A stretch of DNA of 64,000 nucleotides, taken from contig JAWMAR010000892.1 in NCBI GenBank assembly GCA_036785375.1, positions 310,001-374,000 on the forward strand. Reading direction: 5' to 3'. The notes under the pieces were generated by a model that worked only from the letters and a program-made list of their open reading frames with translations, ran no database searches and had not been told where the DNA came from. Position 1 is the first letter of the stretch; each line of letters starts with the position of its first letter. Shown here piece after piece: positions 1 to 12,807 of this stretch. The DNA is from Leucoraja ocellata. Taxonomy: Eukaryota. Position numbers and translations under genes: made by a program.

Positions 1-495
1 TTTTTCCCATTTTCTCCACAAATTTATTGTTTCACAAAGAGCAAGCCAAACATTTATCCCCGGCGGTTTGAAACAAGGCCTTCGACCCGATCTGAGACGA
101 CACTCTTAAATCAAACAACCCCTTCCCTGCTGTTCCCCGAAGAGCCTCCATTTTTCTGGAGCGTCACCATAATGGTCCCCCCCTCACCTACGATGCGGCC
201 ACCTGGGTGAGGGGTTCCTCCAGGTACTGGACTAAAGCCTCGGCCTTAGCCTGCAACATGCCGAATCCCACGGTCTCACGGGCGTACATACAGCAGCAGG
301 TTGGCCATCCTCGTGTTGGCCACTTGGCCCTCCATGCACTCCATGAGGATGAACCAGAGCGGGTCCTCGTTGAAGGCCATGTGCCCGTTCTTGGCGTACG
401 CTGCCCAGATGTTGCTGGCGATGGCGGCCGTTACCTGAGCGTCAGTGTTGCTGTAACCAGCGTAGGCCAGCAACGAACCCTCATTGTTCAACATC
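1..495 (-). pseudogene. LAMTOR2: Processed LAMTOR2 (p14/ROBLD3) retrocopy, copy 1: coding part 188-495 plus 3'UTR, poly(A) starting at window edge
   Basis: Minus strand encodes (M)[67 protein letters not shown]. After a 2-nt deletion it continues [33 protein letters not shown] (stop 188-190), matching LAMTOR2 residues ~24-125. No introns; AATAAA at 23-28 (minus); T-run at 1-5. Confidence 0.93.
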
Positions 496-1420
496 GTCCT
501 TCTAAACTCCACAGAGTACAGGCCCAGTGGAGGAGTAGGCCATTCGGCCCTTCGAGCCAGCACTGCCATTCAATATGATCATGGCTGATATTCCATAATC
601 AGTACCCCAATCCGGCTTTTTCCCCATATCCCTTGATTCCCTCAGCCCAAAGAGCTAAATCTAACTCACTTGAAAGCATCCAGTGAATTGGCCTCCACTG
701 CCTGCTGTGGCAGAGAATTCCACTGATTCACAACTCTCTGGGTGAAAAGTTTTTCCTCATCTCAGTCCTAACAGGCCAATCACTTATTCTTATACTGTGA
801 CCCCTGGTTCTGGACACCCCGAACACGTGGAATAGTGCTGCATCTAGCCTGTCCAAACCTTTAAGAATTTTATATGTTTCTATATGATATCCTCTCATCC
901 GTCTAAATTCCAGCGAATACAAGCCCAGTCGACCCATTCTTTCATCATATGTCAGTCCCGCCATCCCGGGAATTAACCTGGTGAACCTACGCTGCACTCC
1001 CTCATTAGCAATAATATCCTTTCTCAAATTAGGAGACAAAATTGCACACGATACTCCAGGTGCGGTCTCACCAGGGCCCTATACAACTGCAGTAGGACCT
1101 CCTTGCTCCTAAACTCAGATCCTCTCGCAATGAAGCTTTCTTCACTGCCTGCTGTATCTGCATGCTTACTTTCAGTGACTAATGTACAAGCACACGCAGG
1201 TCTCGTTGCACCTCCCCTTCTAAACTTGACAACATTCAGATAATAATCTGCCATCCTGTTCTTCCACCAAAGTGGATAACCTCACATTTATCCACATTAT
1301 ATTGCACCTGGCCATTCACCCAACCTATCCCAAATCACCCTGCAGCCACATAGCATCCTCCTTGCAGCTCACAGTGCCACCCAGCTTTGGGTCATCCGCA
1401 AACTTGGAGATTGCATTTAA
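496..1420 (-). mobile_element. Degenerate CR1 LINE 3' fragment (ORF2 C-terminus and 3'UTR), copy 1
   Basis: ORFs 1024-1254 and 728-1039 carry CR1 motifs LYRALVRPHLEY, EGVQRRFTRLIPGM and LGLYSLEFRRMRG; CR1-type 3'UTR at 510-720. Confidence 0.85.
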
Positions 1421-1957
1421 CTCCCTCGTCTGCTGCCCTTATCTCTACTCCAGCTCCCCACGGGCCTCCACCAGCAACTCCGCCGACCCCCGCCTCTCCA
1501 CCGGCCACCAGTGGGTTAGAACCGTCACCTCACCAGAGTTCCAGCACCAGGCCCACAACCTCCACCATGCAGACAGCACGTGGTCTGACTCTGCTGGGGC
1601 CTAGTGCTCTCCCCACACCTCCCCTTACAGGGAAAACCCATCAGTGGTGATGACTCTGCTGGGTCCTAGTGCCCCCCCCCCCCTCCTACACGGAAGACCC
1701 ATACAGGAAATTCCCAGCCCCTCTCCTTCAGCTCCCGGGCCCCCTTTTGGACTCCGGGCCCGGGTATGATGTACCCCCAGCAACCCCCCGCTCATAGGCC
1801 CTGTGTATACGTACACGCATATGTGAACAAAACACTGTGTGTGGTATGTATCTTTGTTAGGTTCCTAAAAATGAGCTCAACAAATTGATGTTATTTACAA
1901 CCACTTCATGACCACCGGAAAAACCCCAAACGACCCCCATGTGGGTCACGACTCCCA

Positions 1958-2907
1958 GGTTAAGACCCTTGCAAACCTCCAGACTCTCTTTGCAAATCCA
2001 CACTCTGCAAAGAGGTGGGCAACCGTCCCCTCTCCATAGCAGCCGTCCCGAGGGCAGCGTGCGCTGGTAGTGAGGATCCGACGGTGCAGGAAGGATCTGA
2101 CTGAGAGGGCTCCCCTCACCGCCAGCCAAGCCAGGTCTTGGTGCTTGTTGGGGAGTTCTGGCGATGAATCATTTTGCCAGACAAGCTGGGCAGTCTGCTC
2201 TGGGAACCACGCCACCGGATCCATGGAGTCATTTCCCTGCAGTGCCTGCAGGACATTCCGTGCTGACCACTTGTGGTCAAAGGTGTTGGTCCGGAAGAAG
2301 CTTTCCACAGGCGACAGATGGGGCGGCAATGTCCAGCTGACTGGCACATTGCATGGCATCTGCGCCAGGCCCATCCTTCGCAACACCGGGGACAGGTAGA
2401 ACCTCAGCAGGTAGTGACACTTGGTGCCCACGTGCCTTGGCTCTACACTCCGCCTGATGCAGCCACACACAAAGGTGGCCATCAGGGTGAGGGCGACGTT
2501 GGGCAAGTTTTTACCCCCGTTGTCTGGTGACTTGTACATTGTGGCCCGTCGCACCCGGTCCATCCTTGACCCCCAGATGAACTGGAAGACGGCCCGGGTG
2601 ATCCCTGTGGCGTAGGAGGGAGGGACAGGCCACACCTGCGCCAAGTACAGCAGCCCCAAGAGCACCTCACACCTGATGACCACATTTTTCCCCATTATAG
2701 AGGAATGTGCTTCCACAGCTCCAGTTTTTTCCCACCTTGGCTATCCGCTCCAGCCAATTCTTGTCACACGCCTCAACCCTCCCCCCGAGCCAGATCCCCA
2801 GCACCTTCAAGAAGTCAGGCTTGATGGTGAAGGAGAATGCAGATCAGTTGGGCCAGTTGCCAAAGAGCATGGCCTCGCTCTTCCTGCGGTTCACCCTGGC
2901 TCCGAGG
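1958..2907 (-). mobile_element. Tx1-clade (possibly Keno-like) non-LTR retrotransposon ORF2 C-terminal fragment
   Basis: ORF 1946-2716 (GKNVVIRCEVL..LLYLAQVWP..FQFIWG..QDLAWLAVRGAL..CPRDGC..TVAHLFAEC) is the post-RT/zinc-knuckle region typical of Tx1 elements. Homology breaks after FAKRVWR. Confidence 0.8.
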
Positions 2908-3904
2908 TATGTAAATAGTCGCCCACAAAGGACACTGACGAAGTTACAAATTCCCCCCTGCGTCAGATGCCCCTTTGTTCTTCCCCCTCCCCCTCATGGC
3001 GATCCCCCCATGCCAAGTCATCCTTTGTTCATTTCCCTTCCCTTTCCAGCTGAACCATGTTGCCACCCTTCTTCAGACCCAAACCAACCCAAAATATTAG
3101 GTGTCCATTCCCTCCACTGATGCTGCCTGACCCGCTGAGTTCCTCCAGCACTTTGCCCCTAGTGTATAGGATATAGAACTAGTGGTCAAAACACTCCAGT
3201 GATTTGCTCAAGATTCCACAACTGCAGTTCCTTGTGTCTCCATTACACCAACAGAAGGAAACACAACAAACTACAGCTGCTGGAATCTTACATCGAACAA
3301 ACGGTGGTGGAGTAACTCAGTGGGTCAGGCAGCACCTGAGGAGGGAAAGACAGATGACCTTTCGGGTTGAGCCCCTTCTTCAGACTCGTAGCACAGGAAA
3401 GGTGATTTGCAGTTCCTTCTTACACCCTGACTCGATCGCAGTTACCTGCAGTTCCACTTTACACCAACAGATGTCCCGCATGTCGCCGGGGGTCCGTTGC
3501 AGGTCTGGGTAAGTGAGGCCTGAAGTTCAGGGAGTGTAGATGTGAGTTCCGCATGTACAGGCGCTGGTGCTGGGAGGCAGCAGCACTACCTGCTGTGTCA
3601 CTGTGCTGCCCCCTTAGATAACAGAACCAGTGTGAACCGATGGTCGACGTGGACTTGATGGGCCAAAGGGCCTATTTCTAAGCTGTGCCTCTCGAATAAA
3701 GGGTCTTGACCCAAAAAATCGTCTGCCCTTTCCCGCCACAGATGGAAAGCCGCTGAGTTCCTCCAGCACTTTGTGTTTTGGATCTGTTGGTGTAAAGTGG
3801 GACTAACCTTGGCTGTGATAACGAGGAACTCTGTAAAGAGTAAAATGTAGAATTATGGGGAGTCATTGCAGTGTGAAAGGAGACCAGTCGGCACATTGAG
3901 CACA

Positions 3905-4333
3905 CCTCCTATACAGCATGGAAACAGGCCCTTCAGCCCAACTTGTCCACACCGGCCAACATGTCCCAGCCATGCTCGTCCCACCGGCCTGCAATTGGTC
4001 CATATCCCTCCAAACCTGTCCTATCCATGTACCTGTCTAACTGTTTCTTATACGTTGAGATAGTCCCTGCCTCAACTACCTCCTCTGGCAGCTCTTTCCA
4101 TACACCCACCACCCTTTGTGTGGAAAAAGTTACCCCTCAGATTCCTATAAAGTCAGTGAATATATGAATAAGTGAATATATTTAAGGCAGAGATAGATTC
4201 TTGATTAGTACGGGTGTCAGAGGTTATGGGGAGAAGGTAGGAGAATGGGATTAGCAGGAAGAGATAGATTAGCCATGATGGAATGGTGTAGATTTGATGG
4301 GCTGAATGGCCTAAATCTGCTCCTATTATTTAT
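3905..4333. mobile_element. CR1 3'-end fragments (minus 3905-4150, plus 4160-4333)
   Basis: CR1 3'UTR-like text; the plus-strand tail resumes at 8664 after the L1 insertion. Confidence 0.6.
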
Positions 4334-7300
4334 TTATTTATTTTATTATCATTTTTTAAAAATTTTATAAGAAGTTAATACAGCACAAAACAGTACAGTG
4401 GCACCTAATTTTAGGTGCCAACTATGTAATACCGTAATCCATTCTATGTACAACCTCTAGTTTTATGTTATAAGAAGGAAGTAAGCCGAACAAGAAAAAG
4501 AAAACAATAGAAAGGGGAAAAAGTGGAAAAATAGATGGTAGAGTAGAAAAACGTGAAGTGTGTATATAAAAAATAAAAAAAGGAAGAGAGAAAGTGGAAA
4601 GTAGAAATAGAAGAGAAGGCCCCTTAAAAGAGAATTTTTCAAATCTGTATTCGGAGATGTAACTCTATCCGCGTCATGAACTGAAATCAGCAATCCTTAC
4701 GGCACCGCTGCATCACATGATTCCAAAAAGTCGATGAAAGGAGACCAACTCTTTAAGAATTGGTCATATTTATCTATTAGTCGGAGTCTCATTTCTTCAA
4801 GGCGTGCTATGTCCATCATATTCCTAATCCACATTTTAACAGTTGGTGTGGTTGTATTTTTCCAAAATTTAAGTATCAATTTCTTTCCAATTATTAACCC
4901 ATAATTAAAAAAAACATTTTGATCTTTATTTAAATTGGTATCTTCTCCTATTATTCCAAATATAATCCATTCCGTTTTAGGTTCTATTCTTGACTTGAAA
5001 ATCTTTGTAAATATATCAAATATATCACTCCAAAATTTATTCAACTTTGTACATCCAGCAAATGAGTGTGTTATATTAGCGTTTTGAAACAAACATTTAT
5101 CGCATCTGGGAGAGACGTTTGGATAAAATTTATTCAACCTCGTTTTTGAATAATATAGTCTATGTAATAATTTGAATTGAATTAAATTATGTCTTGCATT
5201 AATAGAACAGTTATGTGTATTCATCAAATACTTTTCCCATCTATCCTTCGAGATCTTTATCATTAACTCTTGTTCCCAATCTTCCCTTAATGCTTCTGTT
5301 GAGGGTGATTCTCTATTTAATATATTATTATAAAAGTATGATATTAATTTTTGTGAATCAGCCTTAATATTCATTGCTTCTTCTAAAGGATCTAAAAATA
5401 TAGTTTGAAATCTATGTGTATATTTCTTCATAAAGTCACATACCTGTATATATTTAAAATATTGATTATCCTTCAATTTAAATTTTAATTTTAATTGTTG
5501 AAATGATAACAGTTTGCCCACTTCATACATGTCCCCTACTTTCCTAATCCCCAGTCTATCCCATTGTTGATATGTGTTGTCAATGAGAGAAGGTTTGAAT
5601 GCGGGGTTGTTCAATAGTGGAGTTAGTACTGATAAATTATTTAATTTCAAGGATACTTATATTTGTTTCCAAATTCTTATTATATTGTGAATAATTGTGT
5701 TCTTCTTATATATTATACTATTCAATTTTATCGGTGAGAGCAGGATCGTTCCTATATCGTGCGGATAGCACTCCTCTTTCTCCATTCTTATCCACTCCAA
5801 CTGCTGAGTGGAACTATCCAGCCAGTATATTATGTTCTTAATATGCACTGCCCAGTAGTAATATATAAAGTTAGGTAATGATAAACCCCCAACTTCTTTA
5901 GATTTGCACAAATGCTTTCGTTGAATTCTATGTGTTCTGTAGTCCCATATAAAATTAGTGATAGTGGAATCTAATTTTTTGAAGAAATATTTTGGAATAT
6001 ATATTGGGATCGCTTGAAACAAATATATTAATTGTGGTAAGAAAGTCATTTTTATAGCGTTAATTCTACCTATCAATGAGAGTGGAAGCGTTTTCCAAAA
6101 TTTAATCGTATCATTCAGTTTATTTAATAGTGGTGTAAAATTGGCACTAAATAATGATTTGTGTCTTCTCGTAATTTGAATACCCAGGTACTTGAATTTT
6201 TCTGTTGCAATTTTGAAGGGGAATTTTAGTAAGTGTCTCGAATCTTGTGGATTTAAAGACATAATTTCGCTTTTATTCCAATTTATTCTATATCCTGAAA
6301 AAGAGCCGAATTCCTCAATTAGTGTTAATAAGGTGGGTATACTCGTTTGTGTATTAGTAATATATAAAAGGATATCATCAGCGTATAATGAAATTTTATT
6401 CTTTGAGTCCTTACTGTTATATCCGTGAATATTCGGGTGATTTCTAATCCTTTCGGCCAGCGGTTCTATCATAAGGGCAAATAGCAATGGTGATAAGGCA
6501 CACCCTTGCCTATTACCCCTTGATAAGTAAAATTTTGGAGATAGCGTATTGTTAGTTAATATTCTTGCCGTAGGTCTATCATAAAGTAGTTTAATCCATC
6601 TAATAAAATTCTCTCCCATATTAAATTTTTGGAGTACCTTGTATAAATACTGCCATTCTACTTGATCAAATGCCTTCTCTGCATCCAACGTGACCACTGA
6701 GATATCTTCATTGTCCTTCTTATGAGAGTACATTATATTAAAAAGCCTTCTCAAATTATTAAATGATTGTCTTTTGGGTATAAATCCCGTTTGATCCGTA
6801 TTTATTAAATTGTTAATATAATTATTTAGCCTTCTAGCTAGAATCTTTGCTAAAATTTTCTGATCCGTATTTAGAAGTGATATAGCTCTATAAGAACCAG
6901 GCTCATCTAAATCTTTATCTTTTTTTGGTATAAGCGTTATTGTTGCTTCTGCTAGGGTTTCTGGTAGTTTATTTTCAGTAAAAGCCTGCGTGTATAAGTT
7001 AAATAATCTTGGTACAATTGACTCCTGAAATCTTTTATAAAATTCATTACTAAAGCCATCTGGTCCTGGGGTCTTCCCATTTTTCAATGAGTTTATTATT
7101 AGTTTTATTTCTTCACTAGTAATACGTGCTCCTAATTGCTCTTGTTCTAAATTATCCAATTTTGGCAGCTTGCAATTATCTAAAAAATTTGTAATTTTAC
7201 TTACATCTGTCTTTATTTTGGATGTGTATAAATTATGATAAAATTGGGCAAACCTCTTATTAATATCCTTAGGCAATGTTAGAAACTCACCCTTGTCCGA

Positions 7301-8663
7301 TTTAATTTTTGTAATAGTTTTTTCCTTTTCTCGTTGCTTCAGTTGCCTCGCAAGCAGTTTATGTGGCTTATCCCCAAATTCGAAGTGAGCTTGTTTTGTA
7401 ATTTGGAATAATCTTATTACTCTAGCCGATAATATTCTATTGACTTTATATTTCAGTAAAGTTATCTTATTATGTTTATTTATGGTTGGGTCAGTTGCAT
7501 TGTCCAGTTCTAGTAATTTTATCTTCTGTTCTATCCGCTGAAGTTCTCTTTTATTTTCCTTATTTTGAAAACTTTGGTAAGAGATTATGACACCGCGAAT
7601 ATATGCCTTGAAGGTTTCCCACAATAGCAGTGCAGAAATACCCGGTGTGTCATTTATTTCGAAAAAAAGGTTTGTTTGTTCTTTTATATACTCATAACCC
7701 TGCGGGTTATTTAATATGTGTGCATTGAACCTCCAAAAAGGCTTTATACTCGGCATTCCCTCAATTTTAAGTATAAAAGTCAATGGTGAGTGATCAGAAA
7801 TAATACTATTATGATATGAAGGTTTATTCGTATACGGGATCAATTTTGTGTCCAGTAAGAAATAGTCAATTCGCGAATAAGTTTTGTGAACTGATGAATA
7901 AAATGAGTATTCCCTACCACTTGGATTTGCTATTCTCCAAACATCAGCTATGTTATTATTTTTTATATAAGTATTTAAAAATTCACAGGTCTTGGTTTTA
8001 ACAAGACGCTTCCCTAGCTTTATTGATTTATCTAAATATGGATCTATAACACAATTGAAATCTCCCCCCATTATTATATTTTGAAAATTATGCTCTGCGA
8101 TTAAATCTATTATTTTCCTAAAAAATTGTGGGTTATCAAAATTAGGCGCGTAAATATTTATCATGGTTAATGGTGTATTGTAAATTTCTCCTGTGACTAT
8201 AACATATCTTCCCTCTTTATCAGATATGGAATTCTTTAATTTAAAAGGTATGCCCTTCCGAATTATAATGGCCGTGCCTCTTGCTTTAGAGGTGAATGAG
8301 GAGTAATAGGTTTGACCTATCCAATTTGCCCTTAATCTGAACTGAGTTTGTTGTTTCAAATGTGTCTCTTGTAAGAACGCAATATCCATATTTAATGATT
8401 TTAATTGTGCTAGAATTTTACCTCTTTTAATTGGCTCATTCGCACCTCTGATGTTCCAACTACAGAAGGTGAGACCTCCGGTATTTATTCGACTATTATC
8501 TTGCATTGGCTATTATTACCAGATTGTATTCTTCATGTGATGCAGCCAAGTACCTCAGAATCCCGAATCCAGAGTTGTCCTTCATAATTTCTACAATAGT
8601 TCTACATCTCCTGACATTATTAAACATAATTGAGGGGAAGAGAAAAACATAAAATAAAGTGTA
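4334..8663 (-). mobile_element. 5'-truncated L1-clade LINE with complete ORF2 and 17-bp TSD
   Basis: TSD CTGCTCCTATTATTTAT at 4317-4333 and 8664-8680; A-rich tail at the left end; truncated in the inter-ORF spacer. Confidence 0.95.
4697..8506 (-). pseudogene. L1 ORF2 (APE endonuclease, RT, zinc knuckle), ~1269 codons with one in-frame stop
   Basis: Motifs SWNIRG, FLQETH, GDFN, SRIDY, SDH (APE); QGCALSP, LYADD (RT); CDKC..THSFAGC. ORFs 5657-8506 and 4697-5650 are in the same frame, separated by TAA at 5657-5659. Confidence 0.93.
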
Positions 8664-8899
8664 CTGCTCCTATTATTTATGATCTTATGGGTGACGTTTC
8701 GGGTCAAGACCCTTCTTCAGACTGATTCAGGTCTCGGCCCGAAACGTCACCCATTCCTTCTCTCCAGAGATACAGCCTGTCCTACTGAGTTACTCCAGCA
8801 TTTTGTGTCTGTCTTCAATTTAAACCAGCATCTGCAGTTCTTTCCTGCACACTTATGATCTTATACCAGGCCCGTACGAAGCGTTCCAAAAAGGAGGGG

Positions 8900-10420
8900 G
8901 GAGAGTCCTACACAATCATAAACGCACACATATTCTTTTACATATTAAATATTGGAAGGAAAAACGTTCAGTAAAGTTAGTCCCTGGTGAGATAGGACTT
9001 TACAGTCTGAATGGCCTCTGGGAAGAAACTTCTTCTCAACCTCTCCGTTCTCACAGCATGGCAACGGAGGCGTTTGCCTGACCGTAGCAGCTGGAACGGT
9101 CCGTTGCAGGGGTGGAAGGGGTCTCCCATGATTTTAATGGCTCTGGAGTTGCACCTCCTGATGTATAGTTCCTGCAGGGGGGCGAGTGAAGGCTCTGCAA
9201 AGAGTCATAAAGACTGCAGAGAGGATTATCAGAACGGAACTCCCCTCCATGGATACAATCAATACACAGCGCTGTCAAAAACGAGCAGAGAGAATCATCA
9301 GAGACACACTACATCCAGCTCACTCCCTGCTCAAACACAAAAACTGCACATACAACCTCAGGCACAGACGAGCGGACAGCATCGTCACAAACAGAACACG
9401 CTTTTTTAAGAGCTTCTTCCCTGCCACAGTGAGACTCTTGGCCAAAACAAAATGAACTGATGTCCTGACCTACCTCATAGCACATCATATTATATTATAT
9501 TATATTGTCTCCTGGGCCTGTGCAATTTAAAATGCAATCGACACTTTTTTATATAGGGTTTGTGTAATTTACAATGCTCTCACTTTCCCCTTTATATAGG
9601 GTTCTAGGCATTTTCTTTCTTTTTTAGTTCTAAAGAAGTATATGTTTTTATAGATTATGTGTCTTCTGTGTGTCTTTTTAACTTGACTTGACTTGACTCT
9701 CTGAACAACCGCACAAGAGTTCCTATGTGTGTAAGCACAAATGGCAAATAAAGTTTTTGACCTTTGAAGTTCCCATAGTGCGTTCGGCCGAATGCACTAC
9801 TCTCTGCAGAGCATTCTTGTCCTGGGCAGAGCAGTTCCCAAAACAGATGGTAATATTTCCGGACAAGATGCTTTCCACAGCCGCTGAGTAGAAGCACTGG
9901 AGGATCCTCGGAGACACTCAGAATTTCCTCAATTGCCCGAGGTGGTAAAGGCGCTGCCTTGCCTTACTCACGAGTGCTGCGGCGTGTGATGTCCATGTCA
10001 TATCCTCAGAGATGTGGACTCCCAGATATTTAAAACAACTCACCCTATCCACAGTATCCCCATTTATCCTCAATGGTGTGTACGTCCTCGGATGATGTGC
10101 CCTCCTAAAGTCCATGATCAGCTCCTTAGTTTTTTTGATGTTCAAGAGGAGGTTGTTATCCTGGCACCAGTACCTGGGGCCTGGCGGTGAGAAAGTCCAG
10201 GGCCCAGGCACACAGGGAGGGTGTTGAGCCCTAATTCCAGTAGCTTCCCGGCAAGTCTGGTGGGGACTATCGTGTTGAAGGCTGAACTGAAGTCTATGAA
10301 CAGTATCCTCACATAGCCCCCCTTCTGGCTGTCAGGATGAGAGAGAGCGGTGTGCAAAACCTGGGAGACCGCATCGTCCGTGGATCTGTTCGGACGGTAT
10401 GCGAACTGCAATGGGTCCAT
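8900..10420. mobile_element. Cluster of rearranged Rex1-like LINE fragments (minus 8900-9185 and 9770-10420; plus 9186-9700)
   Basis: Minus pieces are near-identical to parts of the 13240-14870 element ([29 protein letters not shown]). The plus piece encodes ALQRVIKTAERII..HPAHSL. Confidence 0.8.
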
Positions 10421-10879
10421 GAGTATAGGCCCAGTGCCGTCAAAGATTCCTCTGAGACGATCTGTTAACGGTCACTGTTAAGCGCTTGTTAAATGTCACT
10501 ATTATCACCATATTAACACGATGTGAGGGAGAGAGAGACGAGGGCGGGCTGTTGCCTTTTGACCTCACATTAGAGAATCCAATGCTCACACCATCTTTGC
10601 GTTGGGGTGGGTCCTGATCGCTTGGGGCGAGCACAAATCGAAAGGTTTCAAAAAGGAGTGAACCCTGTGAGGTGAGGCCTGCCAGCCTGCGTCTCACAAA
10701 TACAGGCAAGGCAGCCCCTCCAAGGGAAGCACAGCCACTGAGCCATTGTAATGACACAGAGAAAAAAAGCAAACAAACAAAAAGGTGTGAACGGCTCCGT
10801 CTCATCTCCTTCAGTTGCAAATTCTGGCAAACACAACACCCCCACCGTGGCTTTCAGCATTCCTTGCAACTGGGATGGT

Positions 10880-11206
10880 TTTCTCTCGCCCCCTAGGAAC
10901 AGGGATTGTTTCATTTGCTTGTGTGCATGTATAAAATCGACATCTTTGCGCAATTTCTGTTGGTCTTGGTAAGAAGTGAGCATGTAAAGCCTCCTTACAT
11001 TCCTTGTTCGTTTTACTAGCCGGCTTAGCTGGCTGCAGCAATGCCCTTAGGGTGTGATAACCCTTGCTTCCTATGGAACAATGCTCTTTGCTTCTCTTCT
11101 GTAGTGATATCATTTGAAGTGAACCAAGCCTCTAAGACTTTGGTCCATTCCTCAAAGTATAACCAGATTCTAACTGGGGCACATTCCCTACTATTAGATT
11201 AGCCAT
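10880..11206 (-). mobile_element. Mag-type Ty3/Gypsy gag remnant
   Basis: ATG at 11206 (MANLIVGNVP..), then frameshifted SIGSKGYHTLRALLQPAKPASKTNKECKEALHAHFLPRPTEIAQRCRFY, the Mag gag N-terminal pattern. Confidence 0.65.
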
Positions 11207-11283
11207 GGTTACACTGTTGCTACTCAGGCACACAACGTGCCGTCCTCTGGCACAATGTTCTCTGCAATGGACTTAATTCCTTT

Positions 11284-12391
11284 TAGGCTGTGGGCCGAGG
11301 AGCTTTATTCCGCAGTTTCGTGACCCAAGTCACCAAACTACATGAAATTTTCACATATTGTGTAAAAAAAATTATATAAATCACCCCTGAAACTCGATAT
11401 GAAGAAGACTTGCACATTTTTATTAAATTAGAGAAAAACAGGAAACATTTCGGGTATTTTTTAGTCCAATCAAAGCACGTTTAACATTGAGTTGTCTGCC
11501 AGTTGGCCAATCACACGCTTTGTTTCAGGTTAGAACACAAAATGGCTGAGGGGGCTCCACAGATGCCTGTTTTACTGGAGATTCCGATTTGTTGTTCTGT
11601 GGAAACTTGCAGCAGGTAATTGTATTTAGTGGGAAAAGCATTAAAAAGGCTGAAGAAAGTGCTGCTAAGTTGATGGAAGTGTTGAAAGTGATGGAAGTCT
11701 TGAAAGCAAAGTCCCTGTTGAGGTCCTGGAACACAATGATTAAGAGCCAGGAACCAACTCTAACTAAAAGGTAAGATCTAAAGTCTGAATTTATGAAAAT
11801 CTATCTGTATGGAGTTTAATTAATTTAATTGCACCCTTTTATAATGTGAATAAATTCATTCATTCACTTACTTCATTCATGAAGTTGAGGGCCTAAACTA
11901 TATGTGTCCATAACAATCAATTAAATATTGTCACTAATGCCAGCCTGTTGTACAGTAATAAGTCTTTAACAGCTAATCTCGGAGCTGCCTGCGAAAACGT
12001 ACCGGGAAAAAGTGCTCCGATCGCGGGACATAGGTACTCGCGGTAAAGTGAAGCCGCGGTCTCAATTAATAAGCGGCCGATTCGCGAACGCGGAGCCGTG
12101 GATCGTCTCCGCGGGCGGGTGTGGGAGGCTGTACATAGTGCCGTCTATAGCGGCCGTTATCAGACCCCGACAACGGGAAAAAAACGGAATGGAATTCCAC
12201 TGAAATGGAAGCCTATAAATAGCAATCGATATCCCTCCGTTTTTTTTCCCGTTGTCGGGGTCTGATAACGAGTTTCAGGGGTGATTTATATAATTTTGTT
12301 TACACAATATGTGAAAATTTCATGTAGTTTGGTGACTTGGCTCACAAAATCCTTTTTCTAGACACATTTTTGATGCTCGGCCCACAACCTA
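11284..12391. mobile_element. Non-autonomous DNA transposon (~1.1 kb) with long terminal/subterminal inverted repeats
   Basis: Ends TAGGCTGTGGGCCGAG (11284) and CTCGGCCCACAACCTA (12391); ~75-bp inner inverted arms at about 11320-11396 and 12269-12345. Confidence 0.75.
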
Positions 12392-12807
12392 TTTCCAAAA
12401 ATCACTGAGCAGTTATCCAGTAAATTTACTACTAATAATCCTCTTATACTAATCGATTTATACTAATATACCATTGGTGGCGGTTCGGCCGTGGGCTGCA
12501 CGGCACTGGACACTCACTCGACGTCGGTGGCGATTACTGGACTTGGCCGTGGGCTGCACGGCACTGGAAAGCGTTTAAATTAAGCAACCGCCGTCATTGT
12601 TCTGCTTGCTGGGATTCTAGTTTCTAGCTTCTAGCTGCGCTGCCCCGCTACAGCACTGCTTGTTGCCTGGCCATCGTGCGTTACCGTTCCAACTTTTTGC
12701 CTGCCAAATACATACTTGTCTTTAACTATCTGTTTGATCTTGAGAAAAGCCTCAAAATGATCGCAATTCTGTTCCTGCTAACGGAATTTACACCCTCGTC
12801 TCCAAAT

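Noticed and set aside
276-569. 97-aa ORF as a functional LAMTOR2 fusion protein (also 15950-16243)
   Set aside because: The N-terminus is CR1 3'UTR read-through and a frameshift removes the last ~33 residues of the roadblock fold.
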